A DNA stretch of 64,000 bases. Origin: an uncultured delta proteobacterium. Lineage in GTDB: Bacteria > Myxococcota_A > Polyangia > Polyangiales > Polyangiaceae. The position numbers and the translations under genes were made by a program. Under the pieces are notes generated by a model. It was not told the DNA's origin, did not search any database, and saw only the letters and a program-made list of their open reading frames with translations. Location of the stretch: positions 896,001-960,000 of the forward strand of contig CAWDXG010000001.1 of the NCBI GenBank assembly GCA_963806225.1, written 5' to 3'. Shown one piece after another: positions 1-10,506 of this stretch. Each line of letters begins with the position of its first letter. Positions within the stretch are counted from its first letter, which is position 1.

Positions 1-847
1 AGTCGCCGCGGCGATCCACCACTACGCGGTTGCGGTCTGCGGCCTTCGCGGCGTAGAGCGCCGCGTCGAGGCGGCTGAACAGCGCCGGGGCGCCCTCGGC
101 GCCGACGCGCTCCGCGACGCCGATGCTCACGGTGATCGCGCCTATGGTCTGGAACGAATGTCCGGCCACCGCGCGACACACGTTTTCCGCCACGCGTTCA
201 GCGCCTCGGTAGCCGGCGGAGGCCGTCAGGATCACGAACTCGTCGCCGCCCCAGCGGAACAGGCTGTCCGACGCCCGCGTCCTCGATCGCACGAGATCCA
301 CGAGCTCGCGCAGCACGGAATCGCCGACGGCGTGTCCGAACTCGTCGTTGATCCGCTTGAAGTGATCGACGTTGAACAGCACCAGCGACACGGGCTGCCG
401 CCCCGCCGTGCCGCGCGCCAGCTCCGCCTCGATCGACCGGTCGAAATGGGTGCGGTTCCACGCGCCGGTCAGGTGGTCGGTGGCCGCGAGCCGCTCGAGT
501 ACACCCACCCGCTCGCGGAGGCGATCGAGCTCGCTTTCGTAGTCCGGCGTGCCCGGGTAGCCGGCGATCAGGAGCACGTGCTCCGGCGAGCGGACAACGC
601 GGACGCGCACCTCGACGGGGGCTGCGCGTGAAGGCACGCGCAAGGTGAGACGTTGGTCGTCCTCGCCGCTAGCGATCCGCGCTGCGGTCTCCGCATCGAG
701 GTCGGCGCTGCCGAACCGGGCGGCCCAGGCCTTGTTGACCAGGACGAGCGCGCCCTCGACGGTCGCGAGCGCGAGCGGAGCGGCGAAGTCCATGAAGGCC
801 CGCAGGACCGCGGCGGGGCCCGGGCTCTCCGACGTTGCGCGCTCCAT
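1..847 (-). CDS. Diguanylate cyclase (GGDEF) with probable N-terminal PAS-like domain; 3' end runs off the window
   Basis: Manual minus-strand translation gives VLFNVDHFKRINDEFGHAVGDSVL and LFRWGGDEF. In-frame ATG at 847 with GGAG just upstream. Not in the ORF track because there is no stop inside the window. Confidence 0.85.
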   Translation of the reverse strand, partial: MERATSESPGPAAVLRAFMDFAAPLALATVEGALVLVNKAWAARFGSADLDAETAARIASGEDDQRLTLRVPSRAAPVEVRVRVVRSPEHVLLIAGYPGTPDYESELDRLRERVGVLERLAATDHLTGAWNRTHFDRSIEAELARGTAGRQPVSLVLFNVDHFKRINDEFGHAVGDSVLRELVDLVRSRTRASDSLFRWGGDEFVILTASAGYRGAERVAENVCRAVAGHSFQTIGAITVSIGVAERVGAEGAPALFSRLDAALYAAKAADRNRVVVDRRGD

Positions 848-1162
848 CACGCTCCGGTCACGTTGTTCACGGCCTTGATCTCGCTCCGCACCGATCACAT
901 CCGCCGCGCGCGCGTGTCAATTGCGGGCGTCAGCTGCCAGGGCGGGCTTGTCATGTGCGTGAGTGCGAAGGCCAGCGGCGACTACGCCGAGCGCCCAGGC
1001 CCCAATGATGCCTGCCAGGATACCGCGCCGGACCGACGGCCAGCAGCCTCAACCCGCACCCGGAGGAGTGTCGCGCGGCGGCGGGCGCGGGAGCCGGGTG
1101 CAGGTTGACCGCACGGAGCAGCCCAGGCGTCGTGGCGCGGAACGTCAACAGTCGGAAATGGT

Positions 1163-1171
1163 TGGTATAAT
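1163..1171 (+). promoter_or_regulatory. Candidate extended -10 sigma70 promoter
   Basis: TGGTATAAT (TGnTATAAT) in an otherwise GC-rich intergenic region, about 100 bp upstream of the 1271 CDS. Confidence 0.4.
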
Positions 1172-1270
1172 CGCCGCCATGCGCGGCGCGACGCCTGAGC
1201 GGTTCCGCGACGCGCTGGGCGCACTATAGCTTTTCCCGGAGCTCGGCTCTGTGCTGCGATCCGGTTACTC

Positions 1271-1927
1271 GTGACCCTTCCAAGCCGGCGCCTCGCACCG
1301 TTGGCCGTAGCCGGGGTGCTCTGCATCGCGGCGCTGGCGCTCGCCGGACGCGCGACCGTGGCGGCACCGTTCGACGCGTTCGCGGCGCAGGATCCCGGAC
1401 AGCGGCTGCTGTTCGGACTGCGCGTCGGTGTGCTGCTGGCCGCTACGTGGGCATGTGCGGAGCGGCGGGCGTACCGCACGCTCGCCGGGGTGGCCGTCGC
1501 GTTCGTCGCGAGCCTGGCCGCGCGGAGCCTCGTCTTCGTCCTGGTCGGCGCCGGTCTGTTCGCGCTGGTGGACGCGGGTTGGATTGCCCCCGCAGTCCTC
1601 GCGGCCAGTCTGCTGCCCTGGACGTTGCTGTCTCCGGCGCCCCGCGAGCGTGAGCTGCCGACCCAGCCGGCCGCGCTCGTCGCCCACTACCGCGCCGCGG
1701 GCAACCTGTGGCGCGCGCGCTACGCGGCACTCGGCTGGGCGCGCGAAGAGGGCCGCACGCCCGGGGCGGGGATGCTGACGCTCGCTGAAATCGATTGGGC
1801 CCTGGGACAGAAGGGCGAGTTGACGCGCGTGCTCGGCGCGCTGCGCGCGCACGCCCGGGATCCGGCGATCCGCGCCCGCGCCGACGAGTTGGCCCGACGC
1901 TGGCACCTGGAAAGCAAGGCACGGTGA
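1271..1927 (+). CDS. Hypothetical membrane protein with C-terminal helical (TPR-like) region
   Basis: 218-aa ORF with several hydrophobic segments. Its stop overlaps the next start (GTGA). Confidence 0.6.
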   Translation: MTLPSRRLAPLAVAGVLCIAALALAGRATVAAPFDAFAAQDPGQRLLFGLRVGVLLAATWACAERRAYRTLAGVAVAFVASLAARSLVFVLVGAGLFALVDAGWIAPAVLAASLLPWTLLSPAPRERELPTQPAALVAHYRAAGNLWRARYAALGWAREEGRTPGAGMLTLAEIDWALGQKGELTRVLGALRAHARDPAIRARADELARRWHLESKAR

Positions 1928-3333
1928 ACGCCAACCCGCGCGTCGTTCGTTTCGCGTGGTTCGCCATGTCGCTCGCGCTCGTGGTGGCGTTGGTGTGGAG
2001 CAACATGGCCATCCTCGGCGACGGTTTCTGGACGTTGGCCACGGGGCGCTGGATTCTCGCGCACCACGCATTGCCGACCAGCGATCCGTTCACGTACGCG
2101 TCCGCGCCGGGGCGCTGGATCGTGCACATGCCGCTGTGCCAGGTCGCGCTGGCCTGGCTGGACGCCCACGCCGGACTGACGCTCGTGATGGTCGCCGGCA
2201 CCGCGATCGAAGTCGCAGCCGTGCTCGTGCTGTGGCTCGGAAACGCGCGTACGTTCCTGGCGCGCGTCGCGACCTTTCCCCTCGCGCTCCTGCTCCTCCA
2301 CGCCGGCGCACGGGACCTGTCGGTGCGCGGCCAGCTGTTCGGCGATCTCGGCTTCGCCGTCCTGCTCTTGTGCCTCGTACGTTTCGCGCGCGGTGCACGC
2401 GTGCATCCAGCGATCCCGCTGCTGCTCGGTGCGCTGTGGGCGAATACCCATCCGTCGTTCCTGCTCGCGATTGCACTGCCTGTCGCCTGGCTGGTGCTGT
2501 CTCGGCTCGATCCGGCGGACGAGCGCCCGGCGCTGCGTCCGCTGCTCGTGTTCACGGCGCTGGTAGGCGTGGGCACGTTGGTGAATCCCTACGGGCCAAC
2601 GTTGCACGTGGACGTGATCCGGCTGCTGTTCGATCCCACGACGGCAGGCGTCGACCTGTTCCGCTCGCCTCCCTTCCACTCCCTTTTGTGGCTCGGCTTG
2701 ATCGCGAGCGGCCTGTTCGTGGCGTGGCTACGTCTGGCGCGCGGCCGCGCGCCGCGTCGCCGCTCGGATGCGGCGTTGCTGCTCGCATTTGTGGCAGCCA
2801 CGTGTTGGGCGCGTCGCTACGGCACCCTGCTCGCGGGGATGGAGCTCGCGATCGCGGGCTGCGCACTCTCCCACGAAATGCCAGCCGCCGTATCCCGGCG
2901 CCTGACGGACCGCGTCGTGCTCGGCGCCGCGGCGGTCGAGGCGCTCGCTGCGGCGTTGCTCTTGACCGCGGACGTGAGCCCGCTGCGCGACGTGCCGGTC
3001 GGCGCGGCCGCGTGCATCCACCAGCACCATCTGCCCGGCAACGTGATGAACCCGTATCACTGGGGCGGCTACCTCGACTACGCCTGGAACGGTCGACCCA
3101 AGGCGTTCATCGACGGTCGCAACCAGCTGTTCGGCAATGGCGCCCACGCCGACAGCCTCGTGCTCGACGCGGCGGCCACCGGCTGGGAGCGCCTGCTCAA
3201 CGTCTACAGCGTGCGCACCGTGCTGTGGGCGCGCGGTGAGCCGCTCGACCGCACGCTCGCCCGCCAGCCGGACTGGCAGCTCGTGTGCCGCGGACGGCTC
3301 GCCAACGTGTACGTGCGGCGCGCCCGGCGCTAG
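1924..3333 (+). CDS. Polytopic membrane protein, GT-C-like glycosyltransferase candidate
   Basis: GTG at 1924. Many TM helices; DGFWTLATGRWI...DPFTY first loop, LWANTHPSF, and C-terminal soluble part NPYHWGGYL...FIDGR. Confidence 0.6.
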   Translation: MNANPRVVRFAWFAMSLALVVALVWSNMAILGDGFWTLATGRWILAHHALPTSDPFTYASAPGRWIVHMPLCQVALAWLDAHAGLTLVMVAGTAIEVAAVLVLWLGNARTFLARVATFPLALLLLHAGARDLSVRGQLFGDLGFAVLLLCLVRFARGARVHPAIPLLLGALWANTHPSFLLAIALPVAWLVLSRLDPADERPALRPLLVFTALVGVGTLVNPYGPTLHVDVIRLLFDPTTAGVDLFRSPPFHSLLWLGLIASGLFVAWLRLARGRAPRRRSDAALLLAFVAATCWARRYGTLLAGMELAIAGCALSHEMPAAVSRRLTDRVVLGAAAVEALAAALLLTADVSPLRDVPVGAAACIHQHHLPGNVMNPYHWGGYLDYAWNGRPKAFIDGRNQLFGNGAHADSLVLDAAATGWERLLNVYSVRTVLWARGEPLDRTLARQPDWQLVCRGRLANVYVRRARR

Positions 3334-3540
3334 CGGGCCGGCAAGCGATCTGCCAGCCCGGCACGGAGGCGTCGATCCACTGCTAGCTGCTCGAGCGCCG
3401 GAGAGTTCGGCTGTCGGCCGGCGTCCGGTGGCGGCGAGACGCACATCGACTTCGATGGAGGTTCGAGCCGTACGCGGCCGGCGCCGTGCCTCGAGCGCTG
3501 CATTCTTGACCGGGTCCCCGCCCCGCGGTCCAATTTGCCC

Positions 3541-4155
3541 ATGGCCGATACGCTGGAAGTCGCGGCGAGCGGGCGCTCGAAGTGCCGGGGGTGCGGGAAG
3601 CAGATCGCCAAGGGCGAGCTGCGCCTCGGCGAGCGGTTGCCGAACCCGTTCGGCGAGGGCGAGGCGGTGTACTGGTTCCATCCGCTCTGCGCGGCGTGCA
3701 TGCGGCCGGAGCCGTTCCTGGGCGCGCTGGGCAGAGCGGCCGAGCCGCCGCCGGACGCGGAATGGTTGCGCGCGGCGGCGGAGGTGGGGGCGGCGCATCG
3801 CCGCCTGCCGCGCCTGGCGCGCGCCGAACGAGCGAGCTCGGGTCGCGCGCGCTGCCGCCACTGCCGCGAGCTCGTTGAAAAGGGCGCGTGGCGGTTGGTG
3901 CTGCAGATCTTCGAGGAGGGGCGCATGGGCTCCGCAGGCTTCATCCACGTCGCCTGCGCCGAGCCGTATTTCGAGCTCGGCGCCATCCTCGATCGCATCG
4001 AGCGGCTCACCCCCGATCTGTCGGCCGCGGATCTCGACGAGATCGGGGCGCTGCTTGCCAGGCCGCCGCTTGCGAAGACGCGCGGCGGCGAAGCGCCGGC
4101 GCTGTCGAAGACCACGCCGGGGTCCGCCGCGGAAGCGAAACGCAAGGTGGTGTGA
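3541..4155 (+). CDS. Tandem PARP-type zinc finger protein
   Basis: Two zf-PARP-like motifs: EVAASGRSKCRGC..IAKGELRLG..WFHPLC and ERASSGRARCRHC..VEKGAWRL..FIHVAC. Confidence 0.8.
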   Translation: MADTLEVAASGRSKCRGCGKQIAKGELRLGERLPNPFGEGEAVYWFHPLCAACMRPEPFLGALGRAAEPPPDAEWLRAAAEVGAAHRRLPRLARAERASSGRARCRHCRELVEKGAWRLVLQIFEEGRMGSAGFIHVACAEPYFELGAILDRIERLTPDLSAADLDEIGALLARPPLAKTRGGEAPALSKTTPGSAAEAKRKVV

Positions 4156-4340
4156 GCGCGCGCTGGTCGTCACACGCGCAGAAGGGCTGGTCGCTGTGCT
4201 GACATATGTCCCTTCTCCCGCCCGAACCCAGCCGACGCGCCGCGCCCTGCCGCTCCGCAGCTAGACCGGAGAAGCCGTCTGCCGTCTGCAGCATCGACAG
4301 CGCGCCGCGGCGCTTCTCGAGCTTCATCTTCTGCCGCGCT

Positions 4341-6605
4341 TCAACGTTCGACCGTGGCGTCCATCGATAGCGCCGCGACTCGCGCCTGGCCGACGGCTAC
4401 GCCGCCGTCGTTGGCTGGCACCTGACCCGCGCCCCACACCGCAAAGCCCGCCGCTTCCAGTCGCCGGCGCAGGCCGGTGGAGAGGCGCAGATTCTGGAAA
4501 CAGCCGCCGCCCAGGACGACATCGTGACGCCCGGCGCGCTCTGCGATGGCGACACCCAGCTCGATCAGCGCGGCGTGGAAGCGCGCCGCGATCGCGGAGG
4601 TCTCGACGCCGCGGTCGCGATCGGCGCGGATAGCGGACAAGAGCGATCGCCAGTCGGCGACCCACGGTGTTCCCGCGCCGAGCGGAAGCGGATACGGCTC
4701 CGCGGTGCCGTCCGTCTCGTCCGCTGCGAACTCCAGCGCCATGGCGGCCTGCCCTTCGAAGCTCTGTCGGCCAGACAGGCCGAGCGTGGCCGCCACCCCG
4801 TCGAACAGCCGCCCGATGCTGCTGGTGAGCGGCGCGTTGAGCCCGGTCCGGCAGGCCTGGTAGAGCGTTCGCGCTTCGCCCGGAGAGAACCAGCGCTCGG
4901 CTTCGGCGAGCGCCGTCGCTTCGTCGACGACCGACCAGAGCCCCAGCGCGCTCCGTCGCGGCTCGCGCGCCGAGCGGTCGCCGCCGGGCAGGGGGAAGGG
5001 GAGCAACGTCGCGACGCGCTCGAAGTCCGCTCCGCGGCAGACGAGCGCTTCGCCGCCCCACGCTGTGCCGTCGCTGCCGTGGCCGGTGCCGTCCCACGTA
5101 AGCCCCAGCACCTCGTCCGCGAGGCCGTGCTCCGCCATGCACGCTGCGACGTGCGCGTGGTGGTGCTGCACGCGCACTAGCGGCACGTTCCACTGTGCCG
5201 CCAGCCGCTCCGCGAGCCGCGTGGAGGCGTAGTCCGGATGCAGATCGCAGGCGACGACCCCGGGCCGGCATTCGAAGAAGCGGAGCAGATCGTCGACGGT
5301 GCGCTCGAGCAGCGCGGCCGACTCCGCGTTCTCTAGATCGCCCAGATGCTGGCTCGCGATGATCTGGCCGCCGATGCCGAGCGCGATGCTGCTCTTCTTG
5401 TGCGCGCCGAGCGCGAGCACCGGGCGCTCGCCGGGCAGCCGCGCCACCGGCCGCGGCGCGTAGCCGCGCGCGCGGCGCATCAGCTCGAGGCCGGCTGCTC
5501 CGACGCGCGCGACCGAGTCGTCCACCGGCCGCACGATGGGACGGTCGTGCACCAGCCAGGCGTCGGCGATGTCGCGCAGCCTTTCTAGCGCCTCGTCCAC
5601 ATCGACGCACATCGGCTCGGTCGACAGGTTGCCGCTGGTGCACACCACCGGACGGGCGAGCTCGCCGAGCAGCAGATGATGCAGCGGCGTGTAGGGCAGC
5701 ATGACGCCGACGTACGGATTGCCCGGCGCGACGCCTTCGACCAGAGCCGCGCCGGTGCGCCGCGCGAGCAGGATGGGCGCCTCGGGCGACAACAGAGCCC
5801 GCTCTTCTGCTTCTTCCAGGCGGCAGCTCGCGCGTACGGTGTCCAGGCTCGGGAACATCACCGCGAAGGGCTTGGCGTCGCGGCGCTTGCGCCGTCTGAG
5901 CTCTGCCACGGCGCCGGAATTCGTCGCGTCGACCAGCAGCTGGAACCCGCCCAGGCCGCGCAGCGCGAGGATCCTGCCGCTCGCGACCAGCCGCGCGGCT
6001 TGACGAAGAGCGTCCTCGCCGCGCGCCGGCTCGTCGCCGAGCAGCGTGAGCTCTGGGCCGCAGCGCGGGCAGGCGATGGGCTGGGCGTCGAAGCGGCGGT
6101 CGAGCGGATCGGCGTATTCGCGGGCGCAGTCGGGGCAGAGCGCAAAGCCCTTCATCGAGGTGCGCACGCGGTCGTACGGCAGGCCCTCTACGATCGAGTA
6201 GCGCGGGCCGCAGCGGGTGCAGTTGGTGAACGGATAGCGGTAGCGCCGTTCGCCCGGCCTGGAAATCTCCGCAAGGCACTCGGGGCACGTGGCCAGATCG
6301 GCGGGCAGCGTGGGGTGCACCTGGCTGCCACTGCGGCTCTCCCGGATCTCGAAGCCGGGCTCGGTCCGTTCCTCGATGATCCGCCGCTCGATGGCGTCGA
6401 CGCGCCCCGGCGCCGGCAGGTCTTGTTCCAGCGCGGCGATGAAGGCCGAAAGCGCCGCGTCGGGCCCCTGTACCTCGATGCGCACGCCGTCGCTGCCGTT
6501 CTCGACCCAGCCGGAAAGGCCGCGCGCCGTGGCGGCTCGATAGGCGAAGGGCCGGAAGCCGACGCCCTGCACCACGCCCTCTACCGACAGCGCGAGGCGG
6601 GTCAT
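4341..6605 (-). CDS. hypF: Hydrogenase maturation carbamoyltransferase HypF
   Basis: Acylphosphatase GVVQGVGFRPF, zinc fingers CPEC/NCTRCGPRY/CPDC/ACPRCGP, QHHHAH, DGTGHG, PANDGG. Confidence 0.97.
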   Translation of the reverse strand: MTRLALSVEGVVQGVGFRPFAYRAATARGLSGWVENGSDGVRIEVQGPDAALSAFIAALEQDLPAPGRVDAIERRIIEERTEPGFEIRESRSGSQVHPTLPADLATCPECLAEISRPGERRYRYPFTNCTRCGPRYSIVEGLPYDRVRTSMKGFALCPDCAREYADPLDRRFDAQPIACPRCGPELTLLGDEPARGEDALRQAARLVASGRILALRGLGGFQLLVDATNSGAVAELRRRKRRDAKPFAVMFPSLDTVRASCRLEEAEERALLSPEAPILLARRTGAALVEGVAPGNPYVGVMLPYTPLHHLLLGELARPVVCTSGNLSTEPMCVDVDEALERLRDIADAWLVHDRPIVRPVDDSVARVGAAGLELMRRARGYAPRPVARLPGERPVLALGAHKKSSIALGIGGQIIASQHLGDLENAESAALLERTVDDLLRFFECRPGVVACDLHPDYASTRLAERLAAQWNVPLVRVQHHHAHVAACMAEHGLADEVLGLTWDGTGHGSDGTAWGGEALVCRGADFERVATLLPFPLPGGDRSAREPRRSALGLWSVVDEATALAEAERWFSPGEARTLYQACRTGLNAPLTSSIGRLFDGVAATLGLSGRQSFEGQAAMALEFAADETDGTAEPYPLPLGAGTPWVADWRSLLSAIRADRDRGVETSAIAARFHAALIELGVAIAERAGRHDVVLGGGCFQNLRLSTGLRRRLEAAGFAVWGAGQVPANDGGVAVGQARVAALSMDATVER

Positions 6606-7093
6606 GCGCGCACCGCGGAGAGGGCCCCGCCGTCGGGCGGAGCGAGGACAAGCTCGAGCACGACGTCGCGCGCACGGCAGACCGCCGCCTGCACGGGCGC
6701 CGACAGCTCGCCGGCGTAGCGGCGCGGCGCGTCGATGGAGATGGCCACCACGCGGACGTGCGAGGCGGCTCCCGGCGAAAGCACGCGCACGAGCTCGAGG
6801 GTTTCGGCGACGCCGAGCCCGTGGCTGGAAACCGGGCTGTATGAGAGCGCGGCGAGCGCGGACGGCTCGAGCACGCGCACGCTGCCCGGCGGGCCCCCGC
6901 CCACTGCCGCGTCGACGACCACGGCGCGCTCGCAGCCTTCGAGCAGATCGACCAGCTCGCTGGCGTCGCGCGCCGTGATGAGCTCCACGTCGCCGGGCAA
7001 CGCGTCGGCACCGAGCGCCTCGATGACGGCCACGCCGACGCCGTCGTCTCCGGCGACCGGCTGACCCAGCCCGATGATACGAACGCGCGGCAC
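6602..7093 (-). CDS. Hydrogenase maturation endopeptidase (HyaD/HycI family)
   Basis: RIIGLGQPVAGDDGVG, VVVDAA, SSHGLG. GTG start overlaps the large-subunit TAG; stop overlaps hypF ATG. Confidence 0.9.
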   Translation of the reverse strand: MPRVRIIGLGQPVAGDDGVGVAVIEALGADALPGDVELITARDASELVDLLEGCERAVVVDAAVGGGPPGSVRVLEPSALAALSYSPVSSHGLGVAETLELVRVLSPGAASHVRVVAISIDAPRRYAGELSAPVQAAVCRARDVVLELVLAPPDGGALSAVRA

Positions 7094-8379
7094 TAGTCTC
7101 TTTCCATCGAAAGCTTCAGGAAGTGCGTGGAGCAGGAGATGCAGGGATCGTAGTTCCGGACCGCTTGCTCCGCACGCCAGGTGGCCTCGGCGTGGGGCAT
7201 GACCGCCAGCTGTGGCGCCAGGGCGAACAGATCCTGCTCGATGGTCTGCTGGTTCTGGGAGGTGGGCGGGACGATTTTCGCGCTCTCGATGAGCCCGCCT
7301 CCGTCGATGCGGTAGCGATGGTAGAGCAGGCCACGGGGCGCCTCCGTCGCTCCGTAGCCGGTCGCCGCACGTTGCGGGATCTCCACCGACGCTGGCGCCG
7401 GTGGGACGTAGCTGTCGATGATGTCGATCGCTTCGTCCAGCACCTGGATGACCTCCACGCAGCGGACGAGCAGGCTCTTGAACGGATTCTTGCAGGGGGG
7501 CGCGAGTCCGATCGCCTCGGCGGCGGCTCGCGCGCGGGGCCGGAGCTCGGCGAAGTCCAGGTTGAAACGCGCCAGCGGTCCGCACAGGTACGCGCCCCGC
7601 TCGCGCAGCCGACAATGCAGCGCTGTCGAGCGCTCCACGTGCTCTTCCTCGAAGTGTCCGTCGAACTCACTCGCGTCGATGTCGAGGCCCTTGTTGGATA
7701 CGATGCGGCCCTCGCAGAAGGGATATTCGTCCGGATGATGCAGCGCGACGAACTCGTAGTCGCGCTCGAACTCGGGGAACTCGAGCCGTGCCATGAAGGA
7801 CAGAGCGTTCTCGGCCGCATCGCGCGCCCAGCCGAGCTCGGGCAGCAGCCGATCAAGGTTCGTGCGCGGGACCGCCCGGTAGAATCCGCCGGTCCGTGCG
7901 TTGATCGGATGGATCTCGCGTCCGCCGATTGCGCTGACCAGGCTGTTGCCGACCTTCTTGATGCGCAAGCCCTGCTGCACGAGCTCCTGGTGGTCGTGGG
8001 CCATGGCGATGGCGTCCGGATAGCCGAGGAAATCGGGCAGGTGCAGCATGAACATGTGCAGCGTGTGGCTCTCGATCCACTCCCCGGCGTACAGAAGGCG
8101 TCTCAGGCGCCGGACTCCGTCGTCCACGCTCACGATCTGGGCGTTCTCGATCGCCTGACACGCGGTCATCTGGTATGCGACCGGACAGATCCCGCAGATA
8201 CGCGAGGTGATATCCGGCGCTTCTTCCTGCTCGCGACCGCGGAGCAGTCCCTCGAAGAAGCGGGGCGGCTCGAAGATGCGGAGCTCCACTTCGCGCGGCT
8301 CCTCGCCGCGGAAACGGATGATCAGCGAGCCTTCGCCCTCGACGCGAGCCAGCGTATCGACCTGGATCGTTCTAGCCAT
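7093..8379 (-). CDS. hydA: Group 3b [NiFe]-hydrogenase large (alpha) subunit
   Basis: ARVEGEG, L1 motif [17 protein letters not shown]2 motif [10 protein letters not shown] followed by a short cleavable C-terminal tail. Confidence 0.95.
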   Translation of the reverse strand: MARTIQVDTLARVEGEGSLIIRFRGEEPREVELRIFEPPRFFEGLLRGREQEEAPDITSRICGICPVAYQMTACQAIENAQIVSVDDGVRRLRRLLYAGEWIESHTLHMFMLHLPDFLGYPDAIAMAHDHQELVQQGLRIKKVGNSLVSAIGGREIHPINARTGGFYRAVPRTNLDRLLPELGWARDAAENALSFMARLEFPEFERDYEFVALHHPDEYPFCEGRIVSNKGLDIDASEFDGHFEEEHVERSTALHCRLRERGAYLCGPLARFNLDFAELRPRARAAAEAIGLAPPCKNPFKSLLVRCVEVIQVLDEAIDIIDSYVPPAPASVEIPQRAATGYGATEAPRGLLYHRYRIDGGGLIESAKIVPPTSQNQQTIEQDLFALAPQLAVMPHAEATWRAEQAVRNYDPCISCSTHFLKLSMERD

Positions 8380-9181
8380 GGCCGTCATGTTCCGGAAGCA
8401 GGCGTAGCCTGATCCGCTCGTGCGCTTCGGAAAAGGGACCGGCTGCCGCGTTGAAGGTGCTGTACAGGCGCGCGACGTGGTCGGGCTTCGCGCCGGTACG
8501 GTCCAGCGCCGCCGCCAGGGACGCGGTGTTCGTGGTCTCCGACGGTCCAAAGCAGCCGTAGCAGCCCCGGTTGAAACCAGGGCACAACGCTCCGCAGCCG
8601 GTGCGGGTGACCGGGCCGAGACACGGCGTGCCGTGGGCCACGAGCACGCACACGTTGCCGTGAAGCTTGCAGTCGAGGCAGACCGACCGCGACGAAAACC
8701 TCGGCTTCTGCCCGCGCAGCACCTCGGCGATCAGCTGGAGCAGCTGCCGCTTGTCGATGGGGCAGCCCCACAGCTCGAAATCCACCCGGACGTGGGCCGA
8801 GATCGGTGTCGAAGTGGCGAGCGTGTCGATGAACTCCGGCCGCGCGTACACGACCTGGATGAACTCCTTCACGTCGCGGAAGTTCCTGAGCGCCTGGATT
8901 CCTCCGGCCGTGGCGCAGGCGCCTATCGTGACCAGCAACCCGGAGGCCTGCCGGATCTCGCGGATGCGACCGATGTCCGCAGCCGTGGTGATCGAGCCCT
9001 CGACCAGCGACAGATCGTAGGGTCCGCGGATGGTCCTGCGGGATGCCTCCGGGAAATGGGCGATCTGCACCGCATCGCCGAGCGCCAGGAGCTCGTCCTC
9101 GCAGTCGAGCAGGCTGAGCTGGCAGCCGTCGCAGGATGCGAACTTCCACACCGCGAGCTTCGGAGGTCGTCGCCTTGGCAT
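8372..9181 (-). CDS. hydD: Group 3b [NiFe]-hydrogenase small (delta) subunit
   Basis: [26 protein letters not shown], and C-terminal Cys cluster [23 protein letters not shown]. Confidence 0.93.
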   Translation of the reverse strand: MPRRRPPKLAVWKFASCDGCQLSLLDCEDELLALGDAVQIAHFPEASRRTIRGPYDLSLVEGSITTAADIGRIREIRQASGLLVTIGACATAGGIQALRNFRDVKEFIQVVYARPEFIDTLATSTPISAHVRVDFELWGCPIDKRQLLQLIAEVLRGQKPRFSSRSVCLDCKLHGNVCVLVAHGTPCLGPVTRTGCGALCPGFNRGCYGCFGPSETTNTASLAAALDRTGAKPDHVARLYSTFNAAAGPFSEAHERIRLRLLPEHDGHG

Positions 9182-9183
9182 CG

Positions 9184-10039
9184 CTAGATCTCTCTCAATT
9201 GCATGAAGCGGGCCATCGCGTCGTAGCGGTAGACGGGTCCGTCCTTGCACGCGAAGTGCGGGCCCGATCTGGCAGTGTCCGCACAGACCGATGCCGCATT
9301 CCATGTTGCGTTCCAGCGAGAGATACACGCGGGCGAGGCTCAGCCCACGGCCTTCCAGCTCGCGGGCGCTGAAGCGCATCATCACCTCCGGGCCGCACAG
9401 GAGGGCGACCGCGTTTCCGGGGTCGAGCTCGACGGCGTCGATCAGCTTGGTCACGAAACCGGTGTGGCCGAACCAGTCCTGGTCGGCTCGATCGACCGTG
9501 ATCCAGACCTGGGCACCGAGGCGGACCCGCCAACGGGACAGTTCCCGCCGGAAGAGCAGATCGCCGGGCGAGCGCGATCCGTAGACGAGGGAGACCCGCC
9601 CGAAATCCTCGCGGCGGTGCGCGATGGCGTACAGGACCGGTCTGAGCGGCGCGAGACCGACTCCGCCGGCGACGACGACGACATCCCGGCCGCGCGCTTC
9701 GCCGAGCGGCCAGCCGACACCGAACGGGCCGCGCACGCCGACCATGTCGCCCCGGTGCAGGCGGCCGAGCGCGCGCGTGACATTGCCGACTTCGCGGATG
9801 GTGTGGACGAGGCGGCCGTTGCGTTCCGGGTCGCCGCTGACCGAGATCGCCGATTCGCCCGCACCGGGCACGTACAGCATGTTGAACTGTCCCGGTTCGA
9901 AGCGGTAGCCGCCGTGCTCCGCCGCATCCAGCTCGAAGCTGAACGCGTCGTGCGTCTCGCGCCGCGTGCGCAGCACGCGCATCATGCGCGGCAGCATCGG
10001 GTGCCCCGGAGGCGGAGGCGGCGGCGCGGAGCTCTTCAT
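9184..10039 (-). CDS. hydG: Group 3b hydrogenase gamma subunit (FAD/NAD(P)-binding, 2Fe-2S); apparent +1 frameshift near 9259-9265
   Basis: [42 protein letters not shown]. The expected tail [15 protein letters not shown] lies in the adjacent frame and ends at TAG 9184-9186. Confidence 0.88.
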
Positions 10040-10506
10040 CCAGCCTCCGAGCGGTACAGGTCCAGCTGCTGCAGCCGCGCCCGTACGAGGCGCCCGGCGA
10101 GATCCGCCAGCAGCCGCTGGAGCAGCGCATAGCCGAGCGCCGGATCCGCCTCGCACTTGTTTCTCAGGCATTCCCCGTCCAGCTGGATGGCCAGCGTCGA
10201 CTCGGTAGCCCGCCCGTCGACATACCACCGGAACGGTGGGCTCATGGCCGACGCGCCGACCACATCGCCCGGGCCGACCGTCTCGATTTCCACCACACCG
10301 CGCGGCGGCACGTCGAGTTCGAGCGAGATTCGGCCGCTGCGGACCAGGTACAGCTCGTTCGACTCGTCGCCCTCGTGGAACAGGTACTCGCCGGCCCCAA
10401 AGCGGGTGTTCTTCGCGCAGCCGGTGATGAAGCGGACCTGGGCTTCGGGCAGCCCCTGCGTCAGAGCGTGCTCCCTGAGCACGCGCTCCAGTGATTCGAT
10501 CTTCAT
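10036..10506 (-). CDS. Cyclic nucleotide-binding domain protein (no HTH)
   Basis: 156 aa; [37 protein letters not shown] overlaps on both sides. Confidence 0.9.
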   Translation of the reverse strand: MKIESLERVLREHALTQGLPEAQVRFITGCAKNTRFGAGEYLFHEGDESNELYLVRSGRISLELDVPPRGVVEIETVGPGDVVGASAMSPPFRWYVDGRATESTLAIQLDGECLRNKCEADPALGYALLQRLLADLAGRLVRARLQQLDLYRSEAG

